A stretch of 42,893 nt of DNA from a virus (lineage: Duplodnaviria > Caudoviricetes), in IMG/VR virus record IMGVR_UViG_3300037515_000246, positions 1-42,893 of that record; one strand, 5' to 3'. The translations under genes were made by a program, and so were the position numbers. Each line of letters begins with the position of its first letter. Positions within the stretch are counted from its first letter, which is position 1. This document shows positions 9,120 to 17,223 of the stretch, one piece after another. The notes below the pieces were generated by a model. It did no database searches. It had not been told where the DNA came from and was given only the letters and a program-made list of their open reading frames with translations.

Positions 9120-9478
9120 GGTGTGTAGACGAGGATTTCCATGTCGGCGTTTCCAAGCGTGATGGAGTCAAGATGTTCAGGCCACGCCGAATAACCCATC
9201 GCTATGACTTCTGCTGACGTAAGGGTGATGTCTGTTGCCCCGCCGACAGGGGATAAGACGAGCGTTCCTGTGCCGGGAACCAGAACACGCCAGCCGAGAA
9301 TCTCAGTCGTGTTGTAAGCGCCGGAACTGACACGAACCATATTTCGAGCTAGTCCGTAGACCTTCGCCGCGCCGCCGACTGTAACCAGGTCGTAGGTGCC
9401 GTCTGGGTTGAGGGCGTAGTACCCCCCGTCGTCGGTCTCGAAGTACAGTTCTTTGTCAGGGACTTTCTTTTTCGCCAC
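9116..9478 (-). CDS. Hypothetical protein, first gene of leftward late block
   Basis: AGGAGA RBS with GTG start; beta-rich 120 aa. Confidence 0.6.
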   Translation of the reverse strand: MAKKKVPDKELYFETDDGGYYALNPDGTYDLVTVGGAAKVYGLARNMVRVSSGAYNTTEILGWRVLVPGTGTLVLSPVGGATDITLTSAEVIAMGYSAWPEHLDSITLGNADMEILVYTP

Positions 9479-10134
9479 GGTGATCTCCTGGGGAATGAAT
9501 AAATCAGGCCCCGACCTTGCCCGAGCGCCCCCTCTTTTGCGTTGCGGGCGTTTTTAAGTTGCCGCCCTGGGGCATTTACACTCTGCGGGCCGGTCGGGAC
9601 CCAAAACTTGAAATTGATTCCAGGCCGTTACACTCGCCGGCATTGCGGGTAGCGAGCCACGCTTGCGGTAACGGGGTCGGTGCCCCACTTCCTGGAAAGG
9701 GGACCCGCTCGGGTGCGCTGCGCCCTTGCACTGGCGCTCGCGTAGCGGGTAACTAACTGATTTTCTTATTCTTTTTATGCGTCGTAAGTAACTGTTTTCT
9801 TTCCACTTTTGACCCTGTTTTTCCTCTTCATGAGCCAGCGCGTCACACGCGATCCCGACAGCGCGCGGCTTGGGGGGCCGCCGGGGTCGGAATAAGGGAC
9901 CCGTTCAATAAACGGCTTGATTACAGGGGTTTAAAGGGCCAATCACGCCTGGCTTGCTCGCCCGACTGACTGTCAATCAGCGGGTCCACGCCAGCGAGGT
10001 AGAGTGTTCACGGGATGAACGGGCGAACGCCGCGCGCCCCCATGCGTTTACTCTCACCTATACATTGTAGCACATTGACGTATTCGCATCATGATGATAA
10101 AATATATAATAGATCAAACAACAAGGAAACCAGC
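9479..10134. other. Non-coding divergence region (candidate late promoter / packaging or terminus region)
   Basis: ~650 bp without a convincing ORF between divergent gene blocks; T-rich tract at 9755-9830 and G/C runs. Confidence 0.45.
10075..10103 (+). promoter_or_regulatory. Sigma70-like promoter with palindromic operator
   Basis: TTGACG-17 bp-TAAAAT; the spacer contains CATCATGATG. Confidence 0.7.
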
Positions 10135-10401
10135 ATGAAACACGGAACAGCCGGGGCGTACACAAACCACAACTGCCGGTGTGACGCATGCCGTAAAGCC
10201 TGGGCGGAATACTACCGAGGGCGTAACCAGAGACACCGACAGCGACGGCACGCGCAGGGCGTGTGCATAGAGTGCAAGCGCCCGGCCACCAATGGCCTAC
10301 GGTGCGCCACACACGCGAAGGTCAGTGCGCAGGCCGCAACTATCCAGCGCCTGCGAGCGCGGATCGACAAACTGACCTACGACCTCGACGCGGGTGCCTA
10401 G
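10135..10401 (+). CDS. Small Cys/His-rich zinc-binding protein
   Basis: HGTAGAYTNHNCRCDAC...CIEC...CATH; AAGGA RBS before ATG 10135. Confidence 0.65.
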   Translation: MKHGTAGAYTNHNCRCDACRKAWAEYYRGRNQRHRQRRHAQGVCIECKRPATNGLRCATHAKVSAQAATIQRLRARIDKLTYDLDAGA

Positions 10402-10507
10402 GCCGCGCGCCACGTCAACCCAGCGCCAAGCAAACAACAAAACCAAGTGTCCCAAATCCAGGGGCAGGACATTGCCTCACCCAGCTCCGCTAGGGGTGAG
10501 GCCAAAT

Positions 10508-10682
10508 GTACCTTTGTACCCTTTCGGGACATTCTGCGGGACAAAACGACCCGCGCGTACCCTGCCGCTCCTTATATAGGGGCGTTTGCGCGCACGCCGC
10601 AGGACACGTGTACCCTAAAACACTAGGGTACGCGCTAGGGTACGCGCGGGGTACGCCTTGCAAGCGTACCCTTCTCTGGTAC
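10508..10682. repeat. Cluster of nine GTACC/GGTAC repeats (iteron-like; candidate origin)
   Basis: GTACC at 10508, 10516, 10557, 10610, 10666; GGGTAC at 10626, 10638, 10649; GGTAC at 10678; includes tandem CTAGGGTACGCG x2. Confidence 0.65.
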
Positions 10683-10718
10683 AATGAAGATATGGTCTCT
10701 TCACGATGAGGTAATCAC

Positions 10719-10928
10719 ATGACGCACGCAGACAAACTGTTAGATGTAATCAAATCCCTATCGGCCAAAGATGACGGCGTAGTCGAACGCGCCGCCGTGC
10801 GTGAGGCGTGCGCCATGCTGGGCATATTCCCAGAGCACAGGTCCCGCCAGGCGCTGCATAAGGCGTTAAAACAGCTTGAGGCGCAAGGGCGGATAGACCT
10901 GGATAAAGAGCTGATCGCCCTAGTGTGA
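10719..10928 (+). CDS. Small winged-helix-like DNA-binding protein
   Basis: GAGG RBS; RQALHKALKQLEAQGRI resembles a wHTH recognition helix and wing. Confidence 0.6.
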   Translation: MTHADKLLDVIKSLSAKDDGVVERAAVREACAMLGIFPEHRSRQALHKALKQLEAQGRIDLDKELIALV

Positions 10929-10956
10929 CCGTTCGTCGGCTCGTCACGCCTCGGCA

Positions 10957-10985
10957 TTGACAAAATCACATCACGCGCGTATTGT
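10957..10985 (+). promoter_or_regulatory. Sigma70-like promoter
   Basis: TTGACA-17 bp-TATTGT; TCACATCA occurs twice (10966, 10985). Confidence 0.7.
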
Positions 10986-11031
10986 CACATCATACGGCGG
11001 GATTACAGCCGGATACCTGGAGGGTAAGACG

Positions 11032-11103
11032 ATGTTAACCGGAATCGCGATCTATTTTGTACTCGTAGTCCTGGTTTGGCTTTGTGTCGAGTACGGGGTG
11101 TAA
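11032..11103 (+). CDS. 23-aa hydrophobic micropeptide
   Basis: GGAGG RBS; MLTGIAIYFVLVVLVWLCVEYGV; first ORF after the promoter. Confidence 0.5.
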   Translation: MLTGIAIYFVLVVLVWLCVEYGV

Positions 11104-11107
11104 AGCC

Positions 11108-11323
11108 ATGCCCGCATTGATGACAAATCATCTTCACATTGCGAAACTCGCTATGACTACCCGCCGCGTGAGCGCCGTGTCCCTGGATACGACGCGCAAC
11201 ACCTGCATGGTGCGCATCGACCCGCCATCGGGGGATTCGGCCAGTTGGCCCGCCAACGTAGTGGCGCTGCGCTGCATCCCCTACGACGCCGCGCTTGGTA
11301 TGCGCGGTCTGGTTCAACGCTGA
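11108..11323 (+). CDS. Hypothetical protein
   Basis: ORF filling the gap in the early operon. Confidence 0.4.
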   Translation: MPALMTNHLHIAKLAMTTRRVSAVSLDTTRNTCMVRIDPPSGDSASWPANVVALRCIPYDAALGMRGLVQR

Positions 11324-11340
11324 AACCTGGAGATAGGAAC

Positions 11341-11619
11341 ATGAAAACACTTAATCACACGCCGGGACCGTGGATTCTGGAAAGGGATCGGGCTAAATCC
11401 TTAAGCATATACGGTGATACGACTTTTATAGGCGAAGTCTACCATGAAGTGGACGAGCCTAGCCCGGAAGAAAACGCGAACGCCCGCCTTATCGCCGCGG
11501 CGCCCGATCTGCTGGACGCCTGCCGGATGGCGCTGTCTTGTATGGCACCTGACGACAACGACATAACAGCCCGCGCGTTACGCGCCGCCATCGCCAAAGC
11601 CACGGGAGGCGCCCAGTGA
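11341..11619 (+). CDS. Conserved phage early protein (HTPGPW...ANARLIAAAPDLL family)
   Basis: Recognisable motif pair; RBS before ATG 11341. Confidence 0.75.
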   Translation: MKTLNHTPGPWILERDRAKSLSIYGDTTFIGEVYHEVDEPSPEENANARLIAAAPDLLDACRMALSCMAPDDNDITARALRAAIAKATGGAQ

Positions 11620-12065
11620 CCCCGAAGGCGACACTATTACTCCTGGGCACCCTTGTCACTTTTAATGCCACAGCCGCTGCCGAGGCGGTGGACGGTGCGG
11701 CCATCTTTTTAGCGGTTGACCCTTTCCACGGCGATGGTGAAACGGGCGGCTTTATTGAGTATCGCCGCCAACGCGTCCAATTACACGCCGGATGCTTCAA
11801 CCCGTGCGCCGCCGGTATCGAATACGTCTGGCGCCTTCATCCAAACGGTGCCGCGTTTTTTCTGGGCGCGGCGACGCTGAACAACGTCAACCAGGTCAAC
11901 GGCACGCGCACCAACTTCGTCGGGGGCTTTTCGGTGCCCATTGCCAAGCACGTCAGTGCGCAGTTTCGCCACTATTCCAACGGCGCGCGCTGGCACAGCC
12001 CGATCAGCGACGAGCAAGCGCCGAATCTGGGTTGGAACTTCATTGGCCTCAAGTGGACACCATGA
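11616..12065 (+). CDS. pagL: PagL-like lipid A 3-O-deacylase (outer-membrane beta-barrel)
   Basis: Signal peptide, amphipathic beta-strands, C-terminal FRHYSNG...PNLGWNFIGLKW catalytic signature. Confidence 0.65.
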   Translation: MTPKATLLLLGTLVTFNATAAAEAVDGAAIFLAVDPFHGDGETGGFIEYRRQRVQLHAGCFNPCAAGIEYVWRLHPNGAAFFLGAATLNNVNQVNGTRTNFVGGFSVPIAKHVSAQFRHYSNGARWHSPISDEQAPNLGWNFIGLKWTP

Positions 12066-12211
12066 CCGCCATCCTTTGGTTACTCGCTACCTGGGCCTTG
12101 GTCGGCCTTATCGCCACCATTCTGTTTGTCATGGTAGCGCGCAGGTGGCGCCGTGACCTGGTGCGCCGCTTGGAGCGCGACAGCATCTTTTGCCGCCGGC
12201 AGGCGGATTGA
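12062..12211 (+). CDS. Small single-pass membrane protein
   Basis: MTAILWLLATWALVGLIATILFVMVARRWRR; ATGA overlap with the previous gene. Confidence 0.55.
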   Translation: MTAILWLLATWALVGLIATILFVMVARRWRRDLVRRLERDSIFCRRQAD

Positions 12212-12284
12212 CCTAGCCCCGGCCGCCTGACCGCAAGCCGGACGCACGCGGGCGCAGACTGGCGCCTTACCTGGAGATTGTGAC

Positions 12285-12527
12285 ATGAACGCGAAACCCT
12301 ACGATAAGTTTGAATCTTTCAAAAAGTACGAAGTCCAGGCTAACAGTGTGGCCGATTTCCTCCAACGCTTTTATAAGGCTGATCGGTATCATGGGCGCGG
12401 TAAAGAATATGCCGCCGTACTGCTTACATCACATGAGGCTGACTTTGCCGCTGAGGGATTCGACATTATCAGCCATCACGATTCCGTGACTGGAAACGTC
12501 GTTTCTTTCTATGGGAGCAAAAAGTGA
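12285..12527 (+). CDS. Hypothetical protein
   Basis: GGAG RBS; 80 aa; AT-richer than the genome. Confidence 0.6.
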   Translation: MNAKPYDKFESFKKYEVQANSVADFLQRFYKADRYHGRGKEYAAVLLTSHEADFAAEGFDIISHHDSVTGNVVSFYGSKK

Positions 12528-12645
12528 AACTTGGCATAACCTTCGGGGCTATATGCCCTCCTATCAGCGAGCAACTGGCGGCGGATCCCGCTAAAATATC
12601 GCGCAGGTTTCAGAGACACGCGCGCCGCGCGCTCAAGGCCTAACC

Positions 12646-12795
12646 GTGCCCGCCCTATTCCTTGCCTTACTTGGGGCCGGCGGCGCGTTCATTGGCATGG
12701 ACGTGCTGCTTCGGGTTCCCTCGCTCTGGGGGTACTCGGCTATCCTGTCCGGCTGGTTCTTGATCGCCCTGGCGTCTATAAGGGAAGAGCTATAA
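12646..12795 (+). CDS. Small two-TM membrane protein
   Basis: GTG start; MPALFLALLGAGGAFIGMDVLLRVPSLWGYSAILSGWFLIALASIREEL (hand-translated; below track cutoff). Confidence 0.4.
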   Translation: MPALFLALLGAGGAFIGMDVLLRVPSLWGYSAILSGWFLIALASIREEL

Positions 12796-12877
12796 CATCG
12801 AATCGCCAGCCGGCTATACGCCGGGGCGTCTCCAGGCGCCGGGTGCGAGCACGCGCCCCCGGTCCTGGTTTCACCCG

Positions 12878-12907
12878 TTGACATACCGTCAGCGTGGTGC
12901 GTAAAAT
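12878..12907 (+). promoter_or_regulatory. Sigma70-like promoter upstream of repressor
   Basis: TTGACA-18 bp-TAAAAT. Confidence 0.55.
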
Positions 12908-12972
12908 GCCCCTCGCGATCTGCTAAAATAATCGACTAAAACCGCTCGCGAGAGGCTAGAACCGAGGAAGCC

Positions 12973-13644
12973 ATGCACCACAGCAGCATACACTCTCACG
13001 AGCACCGCGATAGGGGCCACATAAAAATGGTGCCAAGAAAACCGGCGACCACGGGAGTCAATAAGCAATATTTCCGCAACCTGCTGCGTGACCGGCAGCT
13101 GAGCCAACGCCAGTTAGCTAAACTCCTGGAGATGGACCAGTCCGCCCTGGTGCGCGCCTTCCAGGGTAAACGCGCCTTCCAAACGTCCGAAGCGGCAAAG
13201 ATGTCGCGCCTGCTAAACGTGCCTTTGGATGATATCCTGCGGAATCTGGATGTTGATGTCCCGATGATGCGCGAGCATAAAGGGGGAACCGTGCCGGTAA
13301 AAGGCTATGTCATGGAAAGCTATATTGAGTTCAAGAAGGCATCCGGGCCCGCCGTCGTGCCGGCGCCACCACACGAGACCGGGGGCGGGATGTTGGCGCT
13401 GCGCTGTGCCGACGCCAGCGTGTTCGAGGGCGCTTATTTCTACTATCGCCCGGCCGACACGGTGCAAGCCGACGCGATCGGGAGGTTAAGCGTCTGCCGG
13501 ATAGCGGACGGGCGTTATGTGCTGGCTACGCCGCGGCCCACGGGGCGCGCCAATTTCACGCTGCGCGACGTGGCCGGGCGCGTCCTGCTCGAGGAGGCGT
13601 GGCTGGAATCCGCGAGCCCCGTGATCTGGATAAAGACCGCTTAG
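12973..13644 (+). CDS. XRE/CI-like repressor (HTH plus C-terminal S24-like fold)
   Basis: LSQRQLAKLLEMDQSALVRAFQGKR HTH; VPVKGYV linker; beta-rich C-domain. Start may be ATG 13027. Confidence 0.8.
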   Translation: MHHSSIHSHEHRDRGHIKMVPRKPATTGVNKQYFRNLLRDRQLSQRQLAKLLEMDQSALVRAFQGKRAFQTSEAAKMSRLLNVPLDDILRNLDVDVPMMREHKGGTVPVKGYVMESYIEFKKASGPAVVPAPPHETGGGMLALRCADASVFEGAYFYYRPADTVQADAIGRLSVCRIADGRYVLATPRPTGRANFTLRDVAGRVLLEEAWLESASPVIWIKTA

Positions 13645-13655
13645 ACAGGAGTAAC

Positions 13656-13687
13656 AAGGCCGCCGACCCGCGGCCTTTTCTGTTTTT
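13656..13687 (+). terminator. Rho-independent terminator
   Basis: AAGGCCGC-cgaccc-GCGGCCTT followed by a T-rich tail, right after the repressor. Confidence 0.75.
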
Positions 13688-13701
13688 GTGGCGATGCTAT
13701 A

Positions 13702-13729
13702 TTGACATCGCGATGTTCCATGAGATACT
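13702..13729 (+). promoter_or_regulatory. Promoter with palindromic operator for the replication operon
   Basis: TTGACA-16 bp-GATACT overlapping the perfect palindrome ACATCGCGATGT (13705-13716). Confidence 0.65.
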
Positions 13730-13768
13730 GGAATTAAGGCAGTCAACAAACCGGAGGAGCGACCCATC

Positions 13769-14068
13769 GTGCCAACTTTCACTGTAACAGTAAGCGCCGA
13801 CACCCTGCCCTCTATCGAAGGCGAGCAATTACGCGCCACCATCACCAACCTCACCCGCGGCGGCGGGCCGCAGGAGTTCTTCGGTGTGCCTGACGAGGGT
13901 AGTTTCGATGCGCTCTATGAAGGCCAATACGGGGACGAGTTGTCCGTCGTGCGCGACTGGACGCTCGGTAACATGCAAGGCCCGGACGCGGAGGCTGTCT
14001 TGGTGCAGCTCCCTTTCCCGACCCTGCCGATACCGACAGGGGGTGGGATATCCGTCTCCCTGGCTTAA
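13769..14068 (+). CDS. Hypothetical beta-rich protein
   Basis: GGAGGAG RBS with GTG start. Confidence 0.65.
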   Translation: MPTFTVTVSADTLPSIEGEQLRATITNLTRGGGPQEFFGVPDEGSFDALYEGQYGDELSVVRDWTLGNMQGPDAEAVLVQLPFPTLPIPTGGGISVSLA

Positions 14069-14290
14069 TCCTGGCAACGCTTGCGCTGCTGCTAATCCTG
14101 TTTCTGCTCGGGTGCTTCGGTCACGCCGCGCCGACGGGATCCTGCGGTGCCGGACTGGCGGCGCAGGACCTGGCGGGGGAATGTCGGCGCTCACCGGCCA
14201 CACCCGGCGCGCTAGAGGCGCTTGGCCCGATACCGATCATCCTGCCCGTCCCCAGTGGCGGCGGCGTCACGGTTGAATAGCGGAGGCTGA

Positions 14291-14548
14291 GTGCTACCCA
14301 AGAAAATAAATCTCGGCTGCGGCCATGTAGTCAAGGTTGATCTGGTCCCGCGTTCCACCATCACCACCCTCCTCGGGCATGAGACCGAGGCTTGCTGGAT
14401 GCACGACACCCCCGACGGTACTTCCTTTTTAGGAGTGATCTTTGTCGATCGCTCCCTCTCCCAGGCACAACAGAAAGAGGCGCTATACCACGAGTTACTA
14501 CACGCCTGCGTGGACCTTTTCCAAACCGTCGTGGACGGTGGCCGATGA
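14291..14548 (+). CDS. Small HExxH metallopeptidase-like protein (ImmA/IrrE-like)
   Basis: IFVDRSLSQAQQKEALYHELLHA; GGAGG RBS. Confidence 0.7.
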   Translation: MLPKKINLGCGHVVKVDLVPRSTITTLLGHETEACWMHDTPDGTSFLGVIFVDRSLSQAQQKEALYHELLHACVDLFQTVVDGGR

Positions 14549-14763
14549 AAGTGCGCGCCGTGAAACTCACTTTTAAAAACGGCCTGACGGTGGTCGGCCT
14601 GCTCCCCGCCGACTTCAGCGACGAGGATTTAGCCGCGGCGGAGGGGGACGACATTATGATTGAGTTCTCCGACGTGTCCGAGCTGCCGGCCAGCGCGCGG
14701 GTGGCAACCGTGCTGCAACGCTTGGCCGCCGCGGCGGCGATGAACCCGGAGGTTTTACATTGA
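14545..14763 (+). CDS. Hypothetical protein
   Basis: ATGA-coupled start MKVRAVKLTFKNG. Confidence 0.6.
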   Translation: MKVRAVKLTFKNGLTVVGLLPADFSDEDLAAAEGDDIMIEFSDVSELPASARVATVLQRLAAAAAMNPEVLH

Positions 14764-15233
14764 ACATTGCCTACCTCGAAGCACTCTGTGACGGCGCTCA
14801 ATCTCTGACCACGGACGGAAACCACCACAACAAGGCCGCCCACGCCCGCCGTGCTTTCAACCTCGCGCACAGGGCGCGCCGCTTGCTAGAGCTGGCCGCC
14901 GAGACCGCTTCCCGCGACCGGTGGGACGAGCTGTTGGCGCCACACGGCCCCCCACCGAAAGAGTTGGAAGCGTGCTTCGCCGCCGCCTGCGCTAAGGCTG
15001 CCATCAAGTATCCGGCGCGTGGCGAGGCCAAGGTTTATGCCGCGCTGCTCGACGCCGTGGACACCGCGCGCATCGTCGCCGATCGTCTATACCAGCGGTG
15101 GTTGGAAACGCAGCGCGAGAAGTCACCGCTGCCCGAGCCCGAACCCGGGGTGGTGAAGATTGGTGCACCCCTCGCCACCGGCTGCCGGGTGGTGCAAAGT
15201 CTTGGCAACAGTGATGAGGAAAACGCATCGTGA
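14760..15233 (+). CDS. Hypothetical protein
   Basis: GGAGG RBS; coupled ORF. Confidence 0.6.
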   Translation: MNIAYLEALCDGAQSLTTDGNHHNKAAHARRAFNLAHRARRLLELAAETASRDRWDELLAPHGPPPKELEACFAAACAKAAIKYPARGEAKVYAALLDAVDTARIVADRLYQRWLETQREKSPLPEPEPGVVKIGAPLATGCRVVQSLGNSDEENAS

Positions 15234-15406
15234 GAGACGGAGACGACGAACCCACAGAAGACGCGAAGACCGCAGCCCTCCACGCGGTGGCTGCGTCGCG
15301 GGACCAGTACCGCGACCAAGTGGCGCGGCTACAAGGACAGGTAGAAGCGTTGGAGCGCGTGGTTCTCGCGTTGGCCAAGGCGTTGCGCGACGGGTCTTAT
15401 GTCTAA
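15230..15406 (+). CDS. Small coiled-coil hypothetical protein
   Basis: GTGA overlap; 58 aa with RDQVARLQGQVEALERVVLAL (hand-translated). Confidence 0.5.
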   Translation: MRDGDDEPTEDAKTAALHAVAASRDQYRDQVARLQGQVEALERVVLALAKALRDGSYV

Positions 15407-15731
15407 ATCTCAACGCACGAAAGGTGCGGCTGGCGAGCGCGAGTTCTGCAAACTGCTCGCCGAGCACGGCTTCCCCGAGCCCAAGCGGCTGCTCGGCCAG
15501 GCGCGCGATGGCGGTGGCGACATACCTACTCCACCTTTTATGTGGGAGATCAAACGCAGGCAGAAAATTGCTGCGTACCAATTCATGCGCCAAGTCGTAG
15601 ACGCGGTCGGCAACCACGTCCTGTGCGACGTGCCCGCGGTGGCGCTGCGCGCCGACGGTGAGGAGTGGCTGGTGCTGATGCGCGCTTCGGATTTGTTGCC
15701 CTTGCTGCGGGAGAAGCTGAATGGCCGCTAA
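15399..15731 (+). CDS. Hjc-like PD-(D/E)xK Holliday junction resolvase
   Basis: SQRTKGAAGEREF...GGDI...WEIKR...EWLVLM. Confidence 0.8.
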   Translation: MSKSQRTKGAAGEREFCKLLAEHGFPEPKRLLGQARDGGGDIPTPPFMWEIKRRQKIAAYQFMRQVVDAVGNHVLCDVPAVALRADGEEWLVLMRASDLLPLLREKLNGR

Positions 15732-16194
15732 ACCCATCGTTTACCTCGCCGGAGGTATCGCCGGCCTCGTTGGCTACGACGCCGTGGACTGGCGCGAAGC
15801 GGCGGCGGAAGAATTGCGCGAACGCGGCATCGAGACGCTGAACCCAATGCGCGCCAAACATGTCATCAGTGGTGGCGACACCATCAGCCGCGACTTTCAC
15901 GACTACGAACACCACGGCGCGTTTTTCACCAGTCAGGGAATTATGGTGAGGGACTTTGGTGATGTTAAACGCAGTGACGCGCTGCTGGTCAACCTGCTTG
16001 GCCTCGAAAAGCCATCGCTCGGCACCATCATGGAATTGGCGTGGGCCTACGCGATGCAGAAACCTGCCGTGGTGGCGATAGAGCCGAGCGGGAATCCACA
16101 CGACGGGCATCCAATGATCCATGCCGCTATTCCGTTCCGCGTCGTTAGCTTGCAAGAGGCCGTGGACGCAGTGGCTGTTATCTTGGGGAGGTAG
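15721..16194 (+). CDS. Nucleoside 2-deoxyribosyltransferase-like protein
   Basis: VYLAGGI, LNPMR, D..DVKRSDALLVNL, SLGTIMELAWA. Confidence 0.85.
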   Translation: MAAKPIVYLAGGIAGLVGYDAVDWREAAAEELRERGIETLNPMRAKHVISGGDTISRDFHDYEHHGAFFTSQGIMVRDFGDVKRSDALLVNLLGLEKPSLGTIMELAWAYAMQKPAVVAIEPSGNPHDGHPMIHAAIPFRVVSLQEAVDAVAVILGR

Positions 16195-16196
16195 AG

Positions 16197-16430
16197 ATGG
16201 CCAATAAAACTATTCGGTATGAAAGCGGCAGTTTGATGATCGAGAAAGAGCCGTACTCCATCACCGATACGTCCACTCTGCGGTTAAACGTGCGGACAAA
16301 GGGCGGGTCTTTTCACACCCTCTTGATAAGCGGGGTCAATGTGCACGAGGCGAAATGCGTCCGCAGCACGGTAAATCGACTTTGCGCCAAGTTTAAAGGA
16401 TTAGCTGCGCAGATGTACCACCAACTCTGA
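16197..16430 (+). CDS. Hypothetical protein
   Basis: GGAGG RBS; coupled ORF. Confidence 0.55.
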   Translation: MANKTIRYESGSLMIEKEPYSITDTSTLRLNVRTKGGSFHTLLISGVNVHEAKCVRSTVNRLCAKFKGLAAQMYHQL

Positions 16431-16687
16431 TGCCCTACATCCGCCAAGAGCGCCGCGAAGTCCTCGATAAATACCTTTACGGGCTGCCGGCGGAGATCGG
16501 GAGCGCAGGCGATCTGGCCTACGTCCTATACAGGTTGATGCTCAGCTATTGGCGCGCGGCGCCGAGTTACGCCCGCTGGGCCGAACTGCGCGGAATTGTG
16601 GACGACCATGTGGACGAGTTTCGCCGCCGGGTCGTTGAAGAGTACGAAAACCGAAAGATAGGAGAAAACGGCGATGTCACAAAGTAA
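16430..16687 (+). CDS. Conserved phage protein (MPYI...GDLxY...YE.KI.ENGDV family)
   Basis: Recognisable motif set, often found near nucleotide-metabolism genes. Confidence 0.7.
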   Translation: MPYIRQERREVLDKYLYGLPAEIGSAGDLAYVLYRLMLSYWRAAPSYARWAELRGIVDDHVDEFRRRVVEEYENRKIGENGDVTK

Positions 16688-17222
16688 GATTGAACTGAAA
16701 GATGGGATGCGGGTCGCCGCGTTCTTTAATGAAGAGGCGGACGGTTACCGGACAATTCTCCGTGTTGACGGGGAATGGCAAGCGCGCAGCGACAACGGGG
16801 TGCTTGCTCTCCGAGGCGAAGGGTATATCCGACAATTTATTACGGACGGCATTTACCGCCCCGTGGTTGAAGCGTCCAAGGTTTTTGTCGGGGTAGACCG
16901 AGTCGACCCCACCGAAGCCCAGAAGCGCAAAACCTTCCCCCTCGCTACCGGCTGCGTCGACTACTTCCCCGACGCGCTGTTGGCGGTGGCGGAGCTTTCG
17001 CGTATAGGCAACGAACAGCACAACCCCGGCAAGCTACTGCACTGGGACCGCGCCAAGAGTACCGACGAGGCCGACGCGCTGATGCGTCACTTCGTCGACC
17101 GCGGCAAGCTGGACACGGACGGCGTGCGGCATAGCGCCAAGGTTGCGTGGCGCGCTTTGGCGCTGCTGCAGAAAGAGATCGAGAAAGACCGCGAAGGCAC
17201 GGGCGGCGAGGAGCATTTCTAA
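16674..17222 (+). CDS. dATP/dGTP diphosphohydrolase-like (DUF5664-like) domain protein
   Basis: C-half YFPDALLAVA..GNEQH..W...DALMRH...HSAKVAWRALALL. Confidence 0.65.
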   Translation: MSQSKIELKDGMRVAAFFNEEADGYRTILRVDGEWQARSDNGVLALRGEGYIRQFITDGIYRPVVEASKVFVGVDRVDPTEAQKRKTFPLATGCVDYFPDALLAVAELSRIGNEQHNPGKLLHWDRAKSTDEADALMRHFVDRGKLDTDGVRHSAKVAWRALALLQKEIEKDREGTGGEEHF

Positions 17223-17223
17223 A

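Noticed and set aside
10508-10682. CRISPR array
   Set aside because: Repeats are only 5-12 bp, irregularly spaced and in both orientations.
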